A stretch of DNA of 64,000 nucleotides from Clostridia bacterium (GTDB lineage: Bacteria > Bacillota > Clostridia > Oscillospirales > Butyricicoccaceae): positions 11,495 to 75,494 of the forward strand of contig JAJPXP010000049.1 in assembly GCA_021205365.1 (NCBI GenBank), written 5' to 3'. A program made the position numbers and the translations under genes. This document shows positions 26,909 to 37,167 of this stretch, piece by piece (the first letter of the stretch is position 1; every line of letters begins with the position of its first letter). The notes under the pieces were generated by a model, which had not been told where the DNA came from, made no database searches, and saw only the letters and a program-made list of their open reading frames with translations.

Positions 26909-27729
26909 GCAAGCTGATTGGCTATGAGTTCAAGTCCACCCGCCGGATTTTCCTCCCGGCATATGCTGTCATCCTTCTACTGTCTATCGTTAACAGCATT
27001 TTTATAGCACTGCCAAATGCTATGGATTCCATCAGTATCCCATTCGGCGTCCTGCTGACAGTCTACATCCTGGCAATGTTCGCTGTTTGCATCCTGACCT
27101 TTGCCTACATGATCAGTCGGTTTTATAAAAACCTGCTGGGTGACGAAGGTTATCTGATGTTTACGCTTCCGGCACAGCCATCGAAGCTGATCTGGGCAAA
27201 GTGTATTACCTCCACCCTGTGGATGTTGTTTACAACGATCATATGCTGCGTGTCCCTGTTTGTCCTGACAATTCCCTCGGTAATTACCGAAGGTGCTCTA
27301 CAGTCCTCAGATTTTTCCCTTTTCTTACGGGAATTTCGCTTTGTATTGCAAAACCTTTGGAAGGAATACGGCATCCATATGTTCTCTCTGCCGCTTCTGT
27401 TTATCATCATCGGCATTATCTGGACTGCAAACTTCTGCATGCATATCTATGCGTGCCTGTCCATTGGTTCCCTGGCAAACAAGCACCGTCTGGGCTTTGC
27501 ATTCCTTGCCTATCTCGGCTTCAGCGTGCTGTGGGAGATCATCGTGCTGGTCTTTGCAAGCATTTCCGATCAAATAATGCCCACATGGAATCTGGATTTT
27601 CTTAATCTCAGCTCCATTGCCGAAATATATGTAGTTGCTTTGTTCTTCCTGATCTACTATCTGATTAAGCTTGTGATCAATTTCGTGATTACCAACTATA
27701 TTCTGAGCAGGCGTCTGAATCTGCAGTAA
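26902..27729 (+). CDS. ABC-2-like integral membrane protein (275 aa)
   Basis: Six predicted TM segments. Translationally coupled to the ATPase gene. Confidence 0.6.
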   Translation: MLSKLIGYEFKSTRRIFLPAYAVILLLSIVNSIFIALPNAMDSISIPFGVLLTVYILAMFAVCILTFAYMISRFYKNLLGDEGYLMFTLPAQPSKLIWAKCITSTLWMLFTTIICCVSLFVLTIPSVITEGALQSSDFSLFLREFRFVLQNLWKEYGIHMFSLPLLFIIIGIIWTANFCMHIYACLSIGSLANKHRLGFAFLAYLGFSVLWEIIVLVFASISDQIMPTWNLDFLNLSSIAEIYVVALFFLIYYLIKLVINFVITNYILSRRLNLQ

Positions 27730-28108
27730 TTTTTTCTGATACGGTTGGCACGTTACCGCGAAGGGAGCACCAACTCTCCGAGCGTCAGGGAGGGACTCTT
27801 CTGGCGAGTCCCTCCCTAACAACCCTCCCAGCCCATACGTATACTGACCGCCGAAATCTGCAATACAACAAAAGATTTCGGCGGTCTATCTTATGTCCCG
27901 ACAGAGATTGCAGGACGATATCCGTTACTGGAATCCCAGCCGGTAAAGCTGACGGTGCTGTTTGCCCCAAAGCCGCCTCCTTTGAGCTGGTGATATCACA
28001 GCTTTCCATCTACAAAGTGGATTTCCCTTTTATTTTTCCTTCAATCTGCCAATCGCGCTCCCTGAATGTTTTAAAAAATAACTATATCGTGATGAAAGAA
28101 GCATACTT

Positions 28109-29023
28109 ATGAACACTATCATTGAAACCAACATGCTCACCAAATACTATGGTACACAGGCTGTTGTAAATAAACTCAATCTTTCGGTTCCGGAAGGCAG
28201 CATTTATGGTTTTATCGGTCCAAATGGTGCCGGTAAATCCACAACTATGAAGCTTCTGCTCGGTTTGATTCATGAAAGCAGCGGCAGCATTTGCCTGCTT
28301 GGAAAACAAATGAACCAGTCCAACCGATTATCCCTATTGCGTCAGACCGGATCTCTGATTGAATCCCCTTCCTGTTATGGACACCTCACGGCACAGGAAA
28401 ATCTGGAAATCGTCTGTGACCTCAAGGGTGTCAAATATACTGATATCGACCGTGTTCTGGCAATTGTTGATCTGACAAATGACCGCGGACGTAAGGTAAA
28501 ACAGTTTTCGCTTGGTATGCGCCAGCGTCTGGGCATTGCGCAGGCATTGCTTGGCAATCCCAGGCTGTTGATTTTAGATGAACCAACCAACGGGCTTGAT
28601 CCTGCGGGCATTCAGGAAATGCGCAGCTTAATCAGTGAAATGCCAAAGCTGTGCGGTGCAACTGTATTGATTTCCAGCCATTTGCTCAGTGAATTGGAAC
28701 AGATTGTCGATCAGGTTGGCATCATCAATCACGGCAAGCTGTTGTTTCAGGGGAAATTATCTGCTCTGCAGCGTCACAGCAAGGGAGATATTGTCCTGCG
28801 TGTCCTGCATCCGCAAAAAGCCTGCAAAACATTGCTTGCGCAGGGCATCACAGTGCGTGCGGAGGGCAATTTGCTGCAAATTCCGCCTGTTCACGAGGAA
28901 ACACTTGCCGCTCTGGTGTATGATCTCGCCATGCAGGATGCCGGCATTGTCGGTCTGACACAGCAGACAAAATCCTTGGAGGATATCTTCCTCAGCCTGA
29001 CACACGAAAAGGAGGCGGGATGA
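28109..29023 (+). CDS. Lantibiotic-protection-type ABC transporter ATP-binding subunit
   Basis: Walker A GPNGAGKST, signature FSLGMRQRLGIA, Walker B LLILDEPTNGLD. Followed by two ABC-2 permeases in MutF/E/G-like order. Confidence 0.75.
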   Translation: MNTIIETNMLTKYYGTQAVVNKLNLSVPEGSIYGFIGPNGAGKSTTMKLLLGLIHESSGSICLLGKQMNQSNRLSLLRQTGSLIESPSCYGHLTAQENLEIVCDLKGVKYTDIDRVLAIVDLTNDRGRKVKQFSLGMRQRLGIAQALLGNPRLLILDEPTNGLDPAGIQEMRSLISEMPKLCGATVLISSHLLSELEQIVDQVGIINHGKLLFQGKLSALQRHSKGDIVLRVLHPQKACKTLLAQGITVRAEGNLLQIPPVHEETLAALVYDLAMQDAGIVGLTQQTKSLEDIFLSLTHEKEAG

Positions 29024-29764
29024 ATGCGTTCCATTTTCCATGCGGAGCTGCAAAAAGCACATCGCAGGCATGACCTCTTGGTGATTATTGTGATTGCCGC
29101 CGCTGTGTTCTCCCTCTCCTCTACCGACCATCACCGTGACCCGGGTATCGGATATTCCGCATTCTTTTACTCCATGCCGATTATGAATGCGTTGATTATG
29201 TCCACTGGCATGGCAGTTATTGCAAGCCGCATCTGGGATATTGAAACCAAAGGAAATACCTGCAAGCTGCTGTTCACCCTGCAAAGCCGTTCCAGTCTGT
29301 ATACTGCAAAAGTGATTCTTGGTATATTGGAGATCGCTCTGGTCAGCTTTCTGGAATGTGCTGCAATCATTGCTTTCGGCATGCTGAAGGGATATACCGA
29401 ACCATTGGAGCTTTCCCGGTTGTTCTGGCTGTTTCTCTGCACCTTTGTTGTCAGTATGATGTTGTTTTTCTTCTCTTTTGCGCTGTGCATGTATTTCCCG
29501 TCCCAAGCTCCTGCCCTTGCTGCCGGCCTTGCCGGAAGCTTAATCGGCTTATTCAGCGGTTTTCTGCCCCAAATTGCATCATATTTCCTGCCATGGGGCT
29601 ATTATATCCGGCTTTCCGCCATGGAAATGGGATGGGATCGGACAACCAGGGAAACATGGTATGTTCCGCAGCATTTTTCCGTCACACTGCTGATCGTTTC
29701 CGGTATTTTCATTGCCCTGCTTCTGCCTGCAGGACAAAACTGTATGCAAAAGAAGGAGGTTTAG
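29024..29764 (+). CDS. ABC-2 permease (MutE/EpiE-like)
   Basis: The stop of the ATPase gene overlaps this start (TGAATG). Six TM segments. Confidence 0.65.
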   Translation: MRSIFHAELQKAHRRHDLLVIIVIAAAVFSLSSTDHHRDPGIGYSAFFYSMPIMNALIMSTGMAVIASRIWDIETKGNTCKLLFTLQSRSSLYTAKVILGILEIALVSFLECAAIIAFGMLKGYTEPLELSRLFWLFLCTFVVSMMLFFFSFALCMYFPSQAPALAAGLAGSLIGLFSGFLPQIASYFLPWGYYIRLSAMEMGWDRTTRETWYVPQHFSVTLLIVSGIFIALLLPAGQNCMQKKEV

Positions 29765-29768
29765 CATT

Positions 29769-30503
29769 ATGCTTACCCGTTGTATGATTGCGGAAAACCG
29801 CAAGCTGCATGGCTCTGTCATCTGGTTAGCGTTTTTCATCATTCCGATATTTCCTGCCATTATGGGAACCTTTAACTATCTTCAGAATATAGCTATCCTG
29901 AAAAACGGCTGGTTTGACCTGTGGACACAGCACACATTATTTTATGCGTTAATTTTCTTTGCCCCCATGGTTGGTTTATATGCCGCCTATCTCTGGCGCC
30001 TGGAGCATCTCGGACACAACTGGAATATTATCATGTCCGCACCAGTCCGGCCATTCTATTTATTTTTTGCCAAATTTATCGTCGTAATAAAAATGGCATT
30101 GCTCACGCAGCTATGGGTATTTGTGCTGTTCTGTATCTGTGGGCACTTTTTCGCCCATCTTCCCGGCTTCCCGCCAATGCAGATTTTCCTCTGGCTTCTG
30201 CGCGGTGTACTAGGCGGTGTTGCTGTGATTGCTTTAGAATTGCTTCTTGCTATGGTTATCCGCAGCTTTGCTGCTCCGATTCTGATCGCCCTGCTGGGTG
30301 GTGTTGCAGGAATGGCATTCGTTTCCCAAGGGCACGGCCTTATGTTTCCCTATTCGCTGATGCTGCTTGGCATGAACTCCAACAAAGCGGAAGATATCAT
30401 CTCCGGCCAGGTTTCTCTTTTTGTGCTCAGCTGCATCCTGTTTTCTCTGCTTTTCTTCCTGTTATCCAATCTGTATCTCACCAAACAGGATACACATACC
30501 TGA
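29769..30503 (+). CDS. ABC-2 permease (MutG-like)
   Basis: ATG 29769 follows AAGAAGGAGG. Six TM segments. Paralogous in layout to the preceding permease. Confidence 0.65.
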   Translation: MLTRCMIAENRKLHGSVIWLAFFIIPIFPAIMGTFNYLQNIAILKNGWFDLWTQHTLFYALIFFAPMVGLYAAYLWRLEHLGHNWNIIMSAPVRPFYLFFAKFIVVIKMALLTQLWVFVLFCICGHFFAHLPGFPPMQIFLWLLRGVLGGVAVIALELLLAMVIRSFAAPILIALLGGVAGMAFVSQGHGLMFPYSLMLLGMNSNKAEDIISGQVSLFVLSCILFSLLFFLLSNLYLTKQDTHT

Positions 30504-30607
30504 GTCAAAATCCGTCAATCCTCTGTACATTCTCCCTCCCGATATGGTAAGATAGACACAACAAAACTCTGCTGCATTCACAGAAGCAATTGAGGGAGGG
30601 ATTACCC

Positions 30608-31465
30608 ATGAAATGTCCGCATTGTGGCATCTATTTTATGGAAGATGACAAAATATGTCCTGTCTGCGGCAAGCGTCCCGGTATACAGGCAGGAAAAACG
30701 GAATCGAAAACTGCCAGCCCAAAGCTGGATATGCCGTATCAACCGAATCCGAAGCAGTCCTCCGGGAAATCAACTGCACGAAAACAGACCTATAACAACA
30801 AATCGAAATCCACAGAAGCTGCATGGCAGCAGGCTGCGGCAGGCCAGCACCTACATGGCAATCCTCTGCAGACAAAGAAAAAAACCGGCTGTGGTACTGG
30901 CTGCTTGATTGTTGTTATCATTTTAGTGATTCTGATTGCGACCAATATCATCAGTGCCATCCATTTTACTACGACCACAAATTCCGGCGGCTGGTCAGAG
31001 TATGTTGATTCCATTTTTGAAGATAACTTTTCAGAGGATGATGCATATGTTGCTGTCGCGCCGACAGAGGCGTTCACCGGAACATGGCGCAGCAGTGACA
31101 ATACCATGACCATAATGGTCGATGAGGACGGAAATCTCTCATGGACAACAGAAGCGGGAAGCTTTTATGATCCATATCCTAGTTTCTATCGCATTGACAT
31201 AACGGAAGATAATTGGGAGGATTATTGCACGGCAACAGATCTGAAAAAATATCCGCTGGAATCCTACACCTACTACAGCGTTTACGCAGCAGAATATGAC
31301 ACAGCAGATGATCAAGATTTGGATATGTGGTTCTATATCCCGAAGGATAACGAAACACCAACATCGTTTGGCTACTACGATTTGGTTAACTATGAATACG
31401 GCACCTTCATTTTTTCCTCAGACAGCACAGAGCCGCTGTCTGTTCCCGAAGAACAGCAAGCCTGA
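30608..31465 (+). CDS. Zinc-ribbon membrane-anchored protein
   Basis: N-terminal CPHC..CPVC zinc ribbon, low-complexity linker, one TM segment (LIVVIILVILIATNII), then an acidic aromatic-rich extracellular domain. SD GAGGGAGGG. Confidence 0.6.
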   Translation: MKCPHCGIYFMEDDKICPVCGKRPGIQAGKTESKTASPKLDMPYQPNPKQSSGKSTARKQTYNNKSKSTEAAWQQAAAGQHLHGNPLQTKKKTGCGTGCLIVVIILVILIATNIISAIHFTTTTNSGGWSEYVDSIFEDNFSEDDAYVAVAPTEAFTGTWRSSDNTMTIMVDEDGNLSWTTEAGSFYDPYPSFYRIDITEDNWEDYCTATDLKKYPLESYTYYSVYAAEYDTADDQDLDMWFYIPKDNETPTSFGYYDLVNYEYGTFIFSSDSTEPLSVPEEQQA

Positions 31466-31475
31466 ATAGAATACA

Positions 31476-31518
31476 AAAACGCCCGTACACGTCTCTGTGC
31501 ACGGGCGTTATTCATTTT
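31476..31518 (+). terminator. Intrinsic terminator
   Basis: AACGCCCGTACAC-loop-GTGCACGGGCGTT followed by a T-rich tail. Confidence 0.7.
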
Positions 31519-31574
31519 CTACGGAAGCATCCGTTATAAAGCTCACCCCAATGATGGCACAAGCCAATTGTTCT

Positions 31575-32381
31575 TTACGAACGCTTCTTATTTTCTTCCG
31601 GCATATACTCTGTCTCAATGCGCTCCACGCTTCTGCATGTTCCAGTGCTTTCATCAATATCAAATACAGCACCCTGCAGCACGCAGATACCAGCCGCCGG
31701 TTCAAACCGGCTGGTCAGATCACCGCGGAACATAGCGATGGACTGCTCTTTACAGACACCCAAAACAGACCATTTCGGGCCGGTCATGCCCAAATCTGTA
31801 ATATATCCGGTTCCTTTTGGATTGACTCTTGCATCTGCGGTGGGTACATGGGTATGGGTACCATATACTGCCGAAACACGTCCATCCAGATAGTAACCCA
31901 TTGCGAGCTTTTCCGAGGTTGCCGACGCATGGATTTCACATACTGCGATATCATAGCGTCCTTCCTGCTCGCGCAAAATGCGATCAGCCCGCAAAAATGG
32001 ATTATCCGGTCCATACTGCATATCGCAGCGTCCGATCAATTCAAAGACCAGCACCCGCCAGCCAGAACTGGTTTCAAAAATACCGTAGCCCTCACCGGGC
32101 GATTGTGGTGCAAGATTCGCCGGGCGAATAACATATCGGTTATCCTCCAAATATGAAACGATATTCTGCTTTCGATAAGAATGGTTCCCCAGTGTAATGA
32201 CATCCGCACCGGCAGCAAAGATACTATCCGCCTGCTTTGGTGTGATTCCCACGCCGCTGGCATTTTCCCCATTGACAATCGTGAAATCCGCACCTGTTTC
32301 CTTTTGAATCCGGCGCAATACATGTGATACCGTCTGGAGTCCCGGCTGTGATACCACATCACCGACAGTCAGAATTTTCAT
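31575..32381 (-). CDS. ymdB: YmdB-family metallophosphoesterase (2',3'-cyclic-nucleotide phosphodiesterase)
   Basis: MKILTVGDVV..NGENASGG-like motif..GNH..THTHVPTAD pattern, as in TIGR00282-type proteins. Confidence 0.8.
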   Translation of the reverse strand: MKILTVGDVVSQPGLQTVSHVLRRIQKETGADFTIVNGENASGVGITPKQADSIFAAGADVITLGNHSYRKQNIVSYLEDNRYVIRPANLAPQSPGEGYGIFETSSGWRVLVFELIGRCDMQYGPDNPFLRADRILREQEGRYDIAVCEIHASATSEKLAMGYYLDGRVSAVYGTHTHVPTADARVNPKGTGYITDLGMTGPKWSVLGVCKEQSIAMFRGDLTSRFEPAAGICVLQGAVFDIDESTGTCRSVERIETEYMPEENKKRS

Positions 32382-32457
32382 TTTTTCCTCCCTCTAAATG
32401 ATAAAGTGGAAAAGGCGGCACAGAAGTTCTCTATGCCGCCTTATGTATTCCAGCAAA

Positions 32458-33417
32458 TCAATCAAACAGCGGGGAAACAGAGGATTCCTCGTAAATACGT
32501 GCAATTGCTTCGGTAAAGACCGGCGCAACCTGCAGCAGTTCAATCTTATCAATGCGCTTTTCAGCAGACAGCGGAATGGTATCCAGCAGGGTCAGCTTCT
32601 GAATCGGGCTTGCTTCCAGGCGCTCAATAGCCGGGCCGGACAGCACACCATGTGTAGCGCATGCATAAACTTCCTTTGCACCGCCAATCTTAATCAACGC
32701 TTCTGCTGCATGGCACAGCGTACCTGCGGTATCAATCAGGTCATCGCTCAGGATGCAGATTTTTCCCGATACGTCACCGATGATGTTCATAACCTCAGAA
32801 ACATTGGCACGCGGGCGGCGCTTGTCAATGATAGCAAGGCGGTAATCCAGCTTTTCACAGAACTTTCTGCAGCGGGTAACCGAGCCAAGGTCCGGGGATA
32901 CGATCATAACGTCATCACGGCCGCGGCCAAACTTGCCTGCGATGTACGGAATGAGTACAGACGCGCCCATCAGGTTGTCAACCGGGATATCGAAGAATCC
33001 CTGCAGCTGATGTGCATGTAAATCCATTGTCAGGACACGGTCTGCGCCTGCTGCTGTCAGAATATCGGCAACCAGCTTCGCAGAAATCGGATCACGCGCC
33101 TTGGACTTTCTGTCCTGACGTGCATAACCAAAGTACGGGATAACAGCAGTAATACGGCCTGCCGAAGCGCGCTTACATGCATCAATCATGATGAGCAGCT
33201 CCATCAGGTTGTCATTTACCGGACCACAGGTAGACTGAACAAGGAACACATCCGAGCCGCGGACCGTTTCGCCAATGGAAACAGACACTTCGCCGTCAGC
33301 AAAATGTCCAACCTCGCACTTGCCAAGCGGCAGGCCCAGTGCGGACGCAATCTGCATTGCCAGTGCGGGATGGGAATTGCCCGCAAGAATCTTAATGTTT
33401 TTACCATGAGAAATCAT
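32458..33417 (-). CDS. prs: Ribose-phosphate pyrophosphokinase
   Basis: Motifs YFGYARQDRK, DLHAHQLQGFFDIPVDNL and the PRPP loop ILSDDLIDTAGT. Confidence 0.92.
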   Translation of the reverse strand: MISHGKNIKILAGNSHPALAMQIASALGLPLGKCEVGHFADGEVSVSIGETVRGSDVFLVQSTCGPVNDNLMELLIMIDACKRASAGRITAVIPYFGYARQDRKSKARDPISAKLVADILTAAGADRVLTMDLHAHQLQGFFDIPVDNLMGASVLIPYIAGKFGRGRDDVMIVSPDLGSVTRCRKFCEKLDYRLAIIDKRRPRANVSEVMNIIGDVSGKICILSDDLIDTAGTLCHAAEALIKIGGAKEVYACATHGVLSGPAIERLEASPIQKLTLLDTIPLSAEKRIDKIELLQVAPVFTEAIARIYEESSVSPLFD

Positions 33418-33516
33418 AATTCATGTATCCTCCTGTAATTCGAAAATCCTCCCGAGACGCAGAAGCATTTTCAGTCGTTTTAATTCCAAGCTCTAGCTTT
33501 TTCGTCTCACAACAAA

Positions 33517-34740
33517 TTACTTGTCCTGTCCATGCATACGGCGGCGGCGGTCATTCCAGCCTTCCTTATTTTCCTGCCGTGCACGTGCCACCGCCATGGC
33601 ACCATCCGGTACGTCCTTTGTCACAGTCGTACCTGCCGCAGTCAGAACGCGGTTGCCTACGTTTACCGGCGCTACCAGGTTGGTATTGCAGCCGATAAAG
33701 CAATCATCCCCAATGATCGTCTGGCTCTTGACATAGCCGTCATAGTTGACAACAACTGTGCCGCAGCCAAAATTCACGCGTTCGCCCACAGTTGCATCGC
33801 CAATATAGGTCAGATGGGATACCTTGGTATCGTTTCCAATATGTGCCTTTTTCAGTTCAACAAAGTCTCCGATTCGGGTATTATCACCCACATCACAGCC
33901 CGGACGGATGTATGCAAACGGTCCAACCGTAGCATTCCTGCCCACACTGCTCTCGTAAACCTGAGAAGAGTTGACATTGGTGCCGTCACCGATGACAGCA
34001 CCCTCGAGAATGGTATTCGGACCAATAATGCAGCTGCTGCCAACCTTGCTGCCCGGCTTTATCATGCTGCCCGGCAGAATCGTGGTATCGTACCCGATTT
34101 CACTGTATGGCGATACATAGGTGTATTCCGGATCGAGTATATTAATCCCCTGATCCATCAGCGAACCATTGATCCGGCGCTGCAGTGTCTTCTGCGCACG
34201 GTAAGCATCACAGGCCGTATAAACTGCAATATGGCTTTCGGTTCGGCAGGATTCTGTCTTTGCGCTGATCTCATTTGCAATCCCGATGGACTGGGTCAGC
34301 GACATCGGATGATGGCTGAGAATCTCACGCAGAACCTCTACACGATATACAGCGCAGTGCCAGTGATCTGCCATAGCGCCGCAGGTCAGCATGGTTACAG
34401 TATTCTGGGATTTCTTATGCAGGGCCATCACACTCTGATATTCTTCCGCAACAACCTCCGGCATCGGTGTAGACAGGACCATAACATCCCCTTCCATACC
34501 GTCAATTGCTGTCGAAAGCATCTGTGTAAAATCTGCATCATCCGGACAAACCAGCGACGGGATTCCTTCCAGTTCATGCTCACTCTGCTGGCGGACATAA
34601 ACCAGTTCACACTGCTCTGGCAGAGCATCGGCAACCAGCCTTCCGACAGGGGAAAACAGAATTTCCCGCTGTACCGGGTATTTTCCATCCTTACCCTTGC
34701 GGCCGCCAAGTAAAATCGTATTCAACTTATCACAAGACAT
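33517..34740 (-). CDS. glmU: GlmU-like protein: intact left-handed beta-helix acetyltransferase domain, divergent N-terminal nucleotidyltransferase domain
   Basis: Conserved glmU-prs position. The C-terminal hexapeptide repeats are clear (IGDFVELKKAHIGNDTKVSHLTYIGDATVGERVNFGCGTVVVNYDG). At the N-terminus LLGGRKGKDGK replaces the GxGTRM loop. Confidence 0.65.
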   Translation of the reverse strand: MSCDKLNTILLGGRKGKDGKYPVQREILFSPVGRLVADALPEQCELVYVRQQSEHELEGIPSLVCPDDADFTQMLSTAIDGMEGDVMVLSTPMPEVVAEEYQSVMALHKKSQNTVTMLTCGAMADHWHCAVYRVEVLREILSHHPMSLTQSIGIANEISAKTESCRTESHIAVYTACDAYRAQKTLQRRINGSLMDQGINILDPEYTYVSPYSEIGYDTTILPGSMIKPGSKVGSSCIIGPNTILEGAVIGDGTNVNSSQVYESSVGRNATVGPFAYIRPGCDVGDNTRIGDFVELKKAHIGNDTKVSHLTYIGDATVGERVNFGCGTVVVNYDGYVKSQTIIGDDCFIGCNTNLVAPVNVGNRVLTAAGTTVTKDVPDGAMAVARARQENKEGWNDRRRRMHGQDK

Positions 34741-35016
34741 TGTCAATATCCTTTCTGGGCCTGAATGCTGCAACGAAGCTGCGCATACTGCCTCCAGAGA
34801 AATACATAATTTATTATACTATTTTTTTACAAAAAAAACATTATGAAATGTATAAAAAATCGTCGTATTCTTTTCGCTTGCACTATTACATTTGTCACGA
34901 TATAATAGAGTAGTCGTTATCTGTATGTAAAAGCAGTTTGCATCGAAATTATTTCACAGAAAATTTATATGATTTCTGTTTGTTCTTGACTATTTTGTGT
35001 ATTTCCGGAGGAAATT

Positions 35017-35994
35017 ATGTCTCTTGCATCCCTGATCCCCACCAGCGGGGAATTTTGTGTCCTGCGTGCACAGGTTGTGGACAGTCTGCTCGCCTGTCGC
35101 GATGGTGACAGCGCATTGCTGTACCTGTATCTGGTCCGGCAGGGGCAATCCTTTGATGAGCGCGCGGCCATGCGCGATTTGAATATGACCCGCGACCAGT
35201 ATGACCGCGCCGTGCATACGCTGACCAGCCTTCATCTGGTTACCACACCTGCCGAAGCAGCACAGAATCCTGTAAAGACCTCCTCTGCACCGCCGCGGTA
35301 TACTGCCGCAGAAATGCGTGCCCGCAGGGAAGGCGACCACCGGTTTGCATCTGTCTGCCAGACAGCGGAAATCGTACTCGGGCGTACATTGACGGAAGGC
35401 CAGCTGCGCACACTGATGAACGCGTATGAGCATCTCGGTCTGCCCGCTGATGTCCTGATTGACCTTTTGACCTATCTGCATCGGGAAAAAGGCACTGTCA
35501 GCCGCCGTGATATCGAAGAACAGGCATATCTGTGGGCAGATATGGGTATTTTTACAGCAGAGGCTGCTGCAGAATTTCTTTCCCGCCGGGAAGCTGAAAA
35601 GCCGTTGCTGGGTGATATGCTCCGTGTGCTGGATATGGCAGGACGTGATCCCGCGCCGGATGAATACCGCTATCTTTCCGGTTTTATCCGTCAGGGCTTC
35701 GATGCAGAAGCCGTCAGTTTGGCAAAGGAACGCATGTATACCCGTCTGGGAAAATTCAGCTGGAAATATCTCGCCGGCATCATGGAAAGCTGGCACAAGA
35801 AAGGCCTGCACACTGCAGCGGAAATCACAGCTGTGGAACCGAATCTGCGCCAGCCGAAGCCAGCTTCCGTACCTGCCGCAGCTGCCCCCAAGCCTCCTGC
35901 AACAAGTGACGGTAATCTTGCCGACTGGGAACGTGACTGGCTGGAGGAATTTCATGCAATGACACGTAAGGAGGGAAACAGCAATGGCATATGA
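35017..35994 (+). CDS. DnaD-domain replication initiation/membrane-attachment protein (DnaB/DnaD-like)
   Basis: DnaD-type repeat LTEGQLRTLMNAYEHLGLPADVLIDLLTYL and a second copy YRYLSGFIRQGFDAEAVSLA. Precedes a DnaI-like loader gene. Confidence 0.7.
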   Translation: MSLASLIPTSGEFCVLRAQVVDSLLACRDGDSALLYLYLVRQGQSFDERAAMRDLNMTRDQYDRAVHTLTSLHLVTTPAEAAQNPVKTSSAPPRYTAAEMRARREGDHRFASVCQTAEIVLGRTLTEGQLRTLMNAYEHLGLPADVLIDLLTYLHREKGTVSRRDIEEQAYLWADMGIFTAEAAAEFLSRREAEKPLLGDMLRVLDMAGRDPAPDEYRYLSGFIRQGFDAEAVSLAKERMYTRLGKFSWKYLAGIMESWHKKGLHTAAEITAVEPNLRQPKPASVPAAAAPKPPATSDGNLADWERDWLEEFHAMTRKEGNSNGI

Positions 35995-36979
35995 CCGCGC
36001 ACTGATCTCATCTATCCTGCGCCAGCTGGAACGCCAGCATGACCAGTATGAAGCAGAGGCAGAGAGCCGCCGATATCAGCTGACGATGGCAATTCCCCGC
36101 CTGGGTGAAATTGACCGTGAGCTCCGTGCTACCGCGGCAAAGGCAATGCGCATTGCCTTTGAATCTGACAATACAGATATCGAAATTGAAGCATTAAAGC
36201 AGAAAAATCTCGCCTTACAGGCAGAAAAGCGAAGCCTGATGCTCCAGCATGGTTATCCGGCGGATTATCTCACTGTAGCGGCAGATTGCCCTGTCTGCCG
36301 GGATACCGGCTACAACGGAAGCAAACTCTGCGATTGCGTAAAACGTAAGGCTGCAGAAATCCAGAAAAAGAATCTTTCTTCCCTGCTTCCGGTCGATCGT
36401 GAAACCTTTGAAACCTTTCGTCTGGATTACTACAATACGCAGCCAGACAACCGGTTCGGCATAGCCCCGCGTGAAATGGCAAAGTTCAATTTCCAGAAAT
36501 GTACCCAGTTTGCGGAAGGGTTTGGCTCTTCCTATGAAAATCTGCTGCTGTTTGGCTCTGCCGGCCTGGGCAAGACCTTCTTGTCCTCCTGTATTGCACG
36601 CCGTGTGACGGAGCGCGGCTTTTCCGTCACCTATGATACTGCTATTTCTATTTTTGACCAATATAATAGTGTAAAATTCAAAAGTGGTGATTTTTCTTCT
36701 GCCTCGCAGGCATTGGAACGCTTCCGCAGCACAGACCTGCTGATTGTAGACGACCTCGGCACAGAAATGCCGGGTGCATTCCATACCTCCTGTCTGTACG
36801 ATCTGCTGAACCGCCGTCTGATGCGCCGTCTGCCTACCATTCTCAACACCAACCTGCTTCCGGACGAACTGGAAACCCGGTATTCTCCCGCCATTGCCTC
36901 CCGTATTCTTGGAGAATTTACCCAATTGAGATTTATCGGTGATGATATCCGCAAAATCCGAAAAAAGCAGCGATTTTAA
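35984..36979 (+). CDS. DnaI/DnaC-like helicase loader ATPase
   Basis: Zinc motif CPVCRDTGY..CDC, Walker A GSAGLGKTF, Walker B LLIVDDLGTE. Confidence 0.8.
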   Translation: MAYDRALISSILRQLERQHDQYEAEAESRRYQLTMAIPRLGEIDRELRATAAKAMRIAFESDNTDIEIEALKQKNLALQAEKRSLMLQHGYPADYLTVAADCPVCRDTGYNGSKLCDCVKRKAAEIQKKNLSSLLPVDRETFETFRLDYYNTQPDNRFGIAPREMAKFNFQKCTQFAEGFGSSYENLLLFGSAGLGKTFLSSCIARRVTERGFSVTYDTAISIFDQYNSVKFKSGDFSSASQALERFRSTDLLIVDDLGTEMPGAFHTSCLYDLLNRRLMRRLPTILNTNLLPDELETRYSPAIASRILGEFTQLRFIGDDIRKIRKKQRF

Positions 36980-37167
36980 AGAACATTTTCAAAACACACA
37001 TAGAATTGTAACAATCGATTCATGGTTTGTTCACAACTTTATCAGAGAAATGCGGTATACTATGACCATGGAAAGAGGAACTGCGAATCCTCTTCCAGAA
37101 AAAGATATGCCGGTATCTTTGAATTTCTCTTACCCCCTTTTTATTTTGTGAAACGTATGCGAACGAA

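Noticed and set aside
27785-28009. 74-aa minus-strand ORF with an internal AAAGGAGG-TTG in the 380-bp gap before the lantibiotic-type ABC operon.
   Set aside because: The reading frame runs through two palindromic GC hairpins, which are terminator-like structures, and the translation looks non-protein-like. It is more likely noncoding DNA or a decayed remnant.
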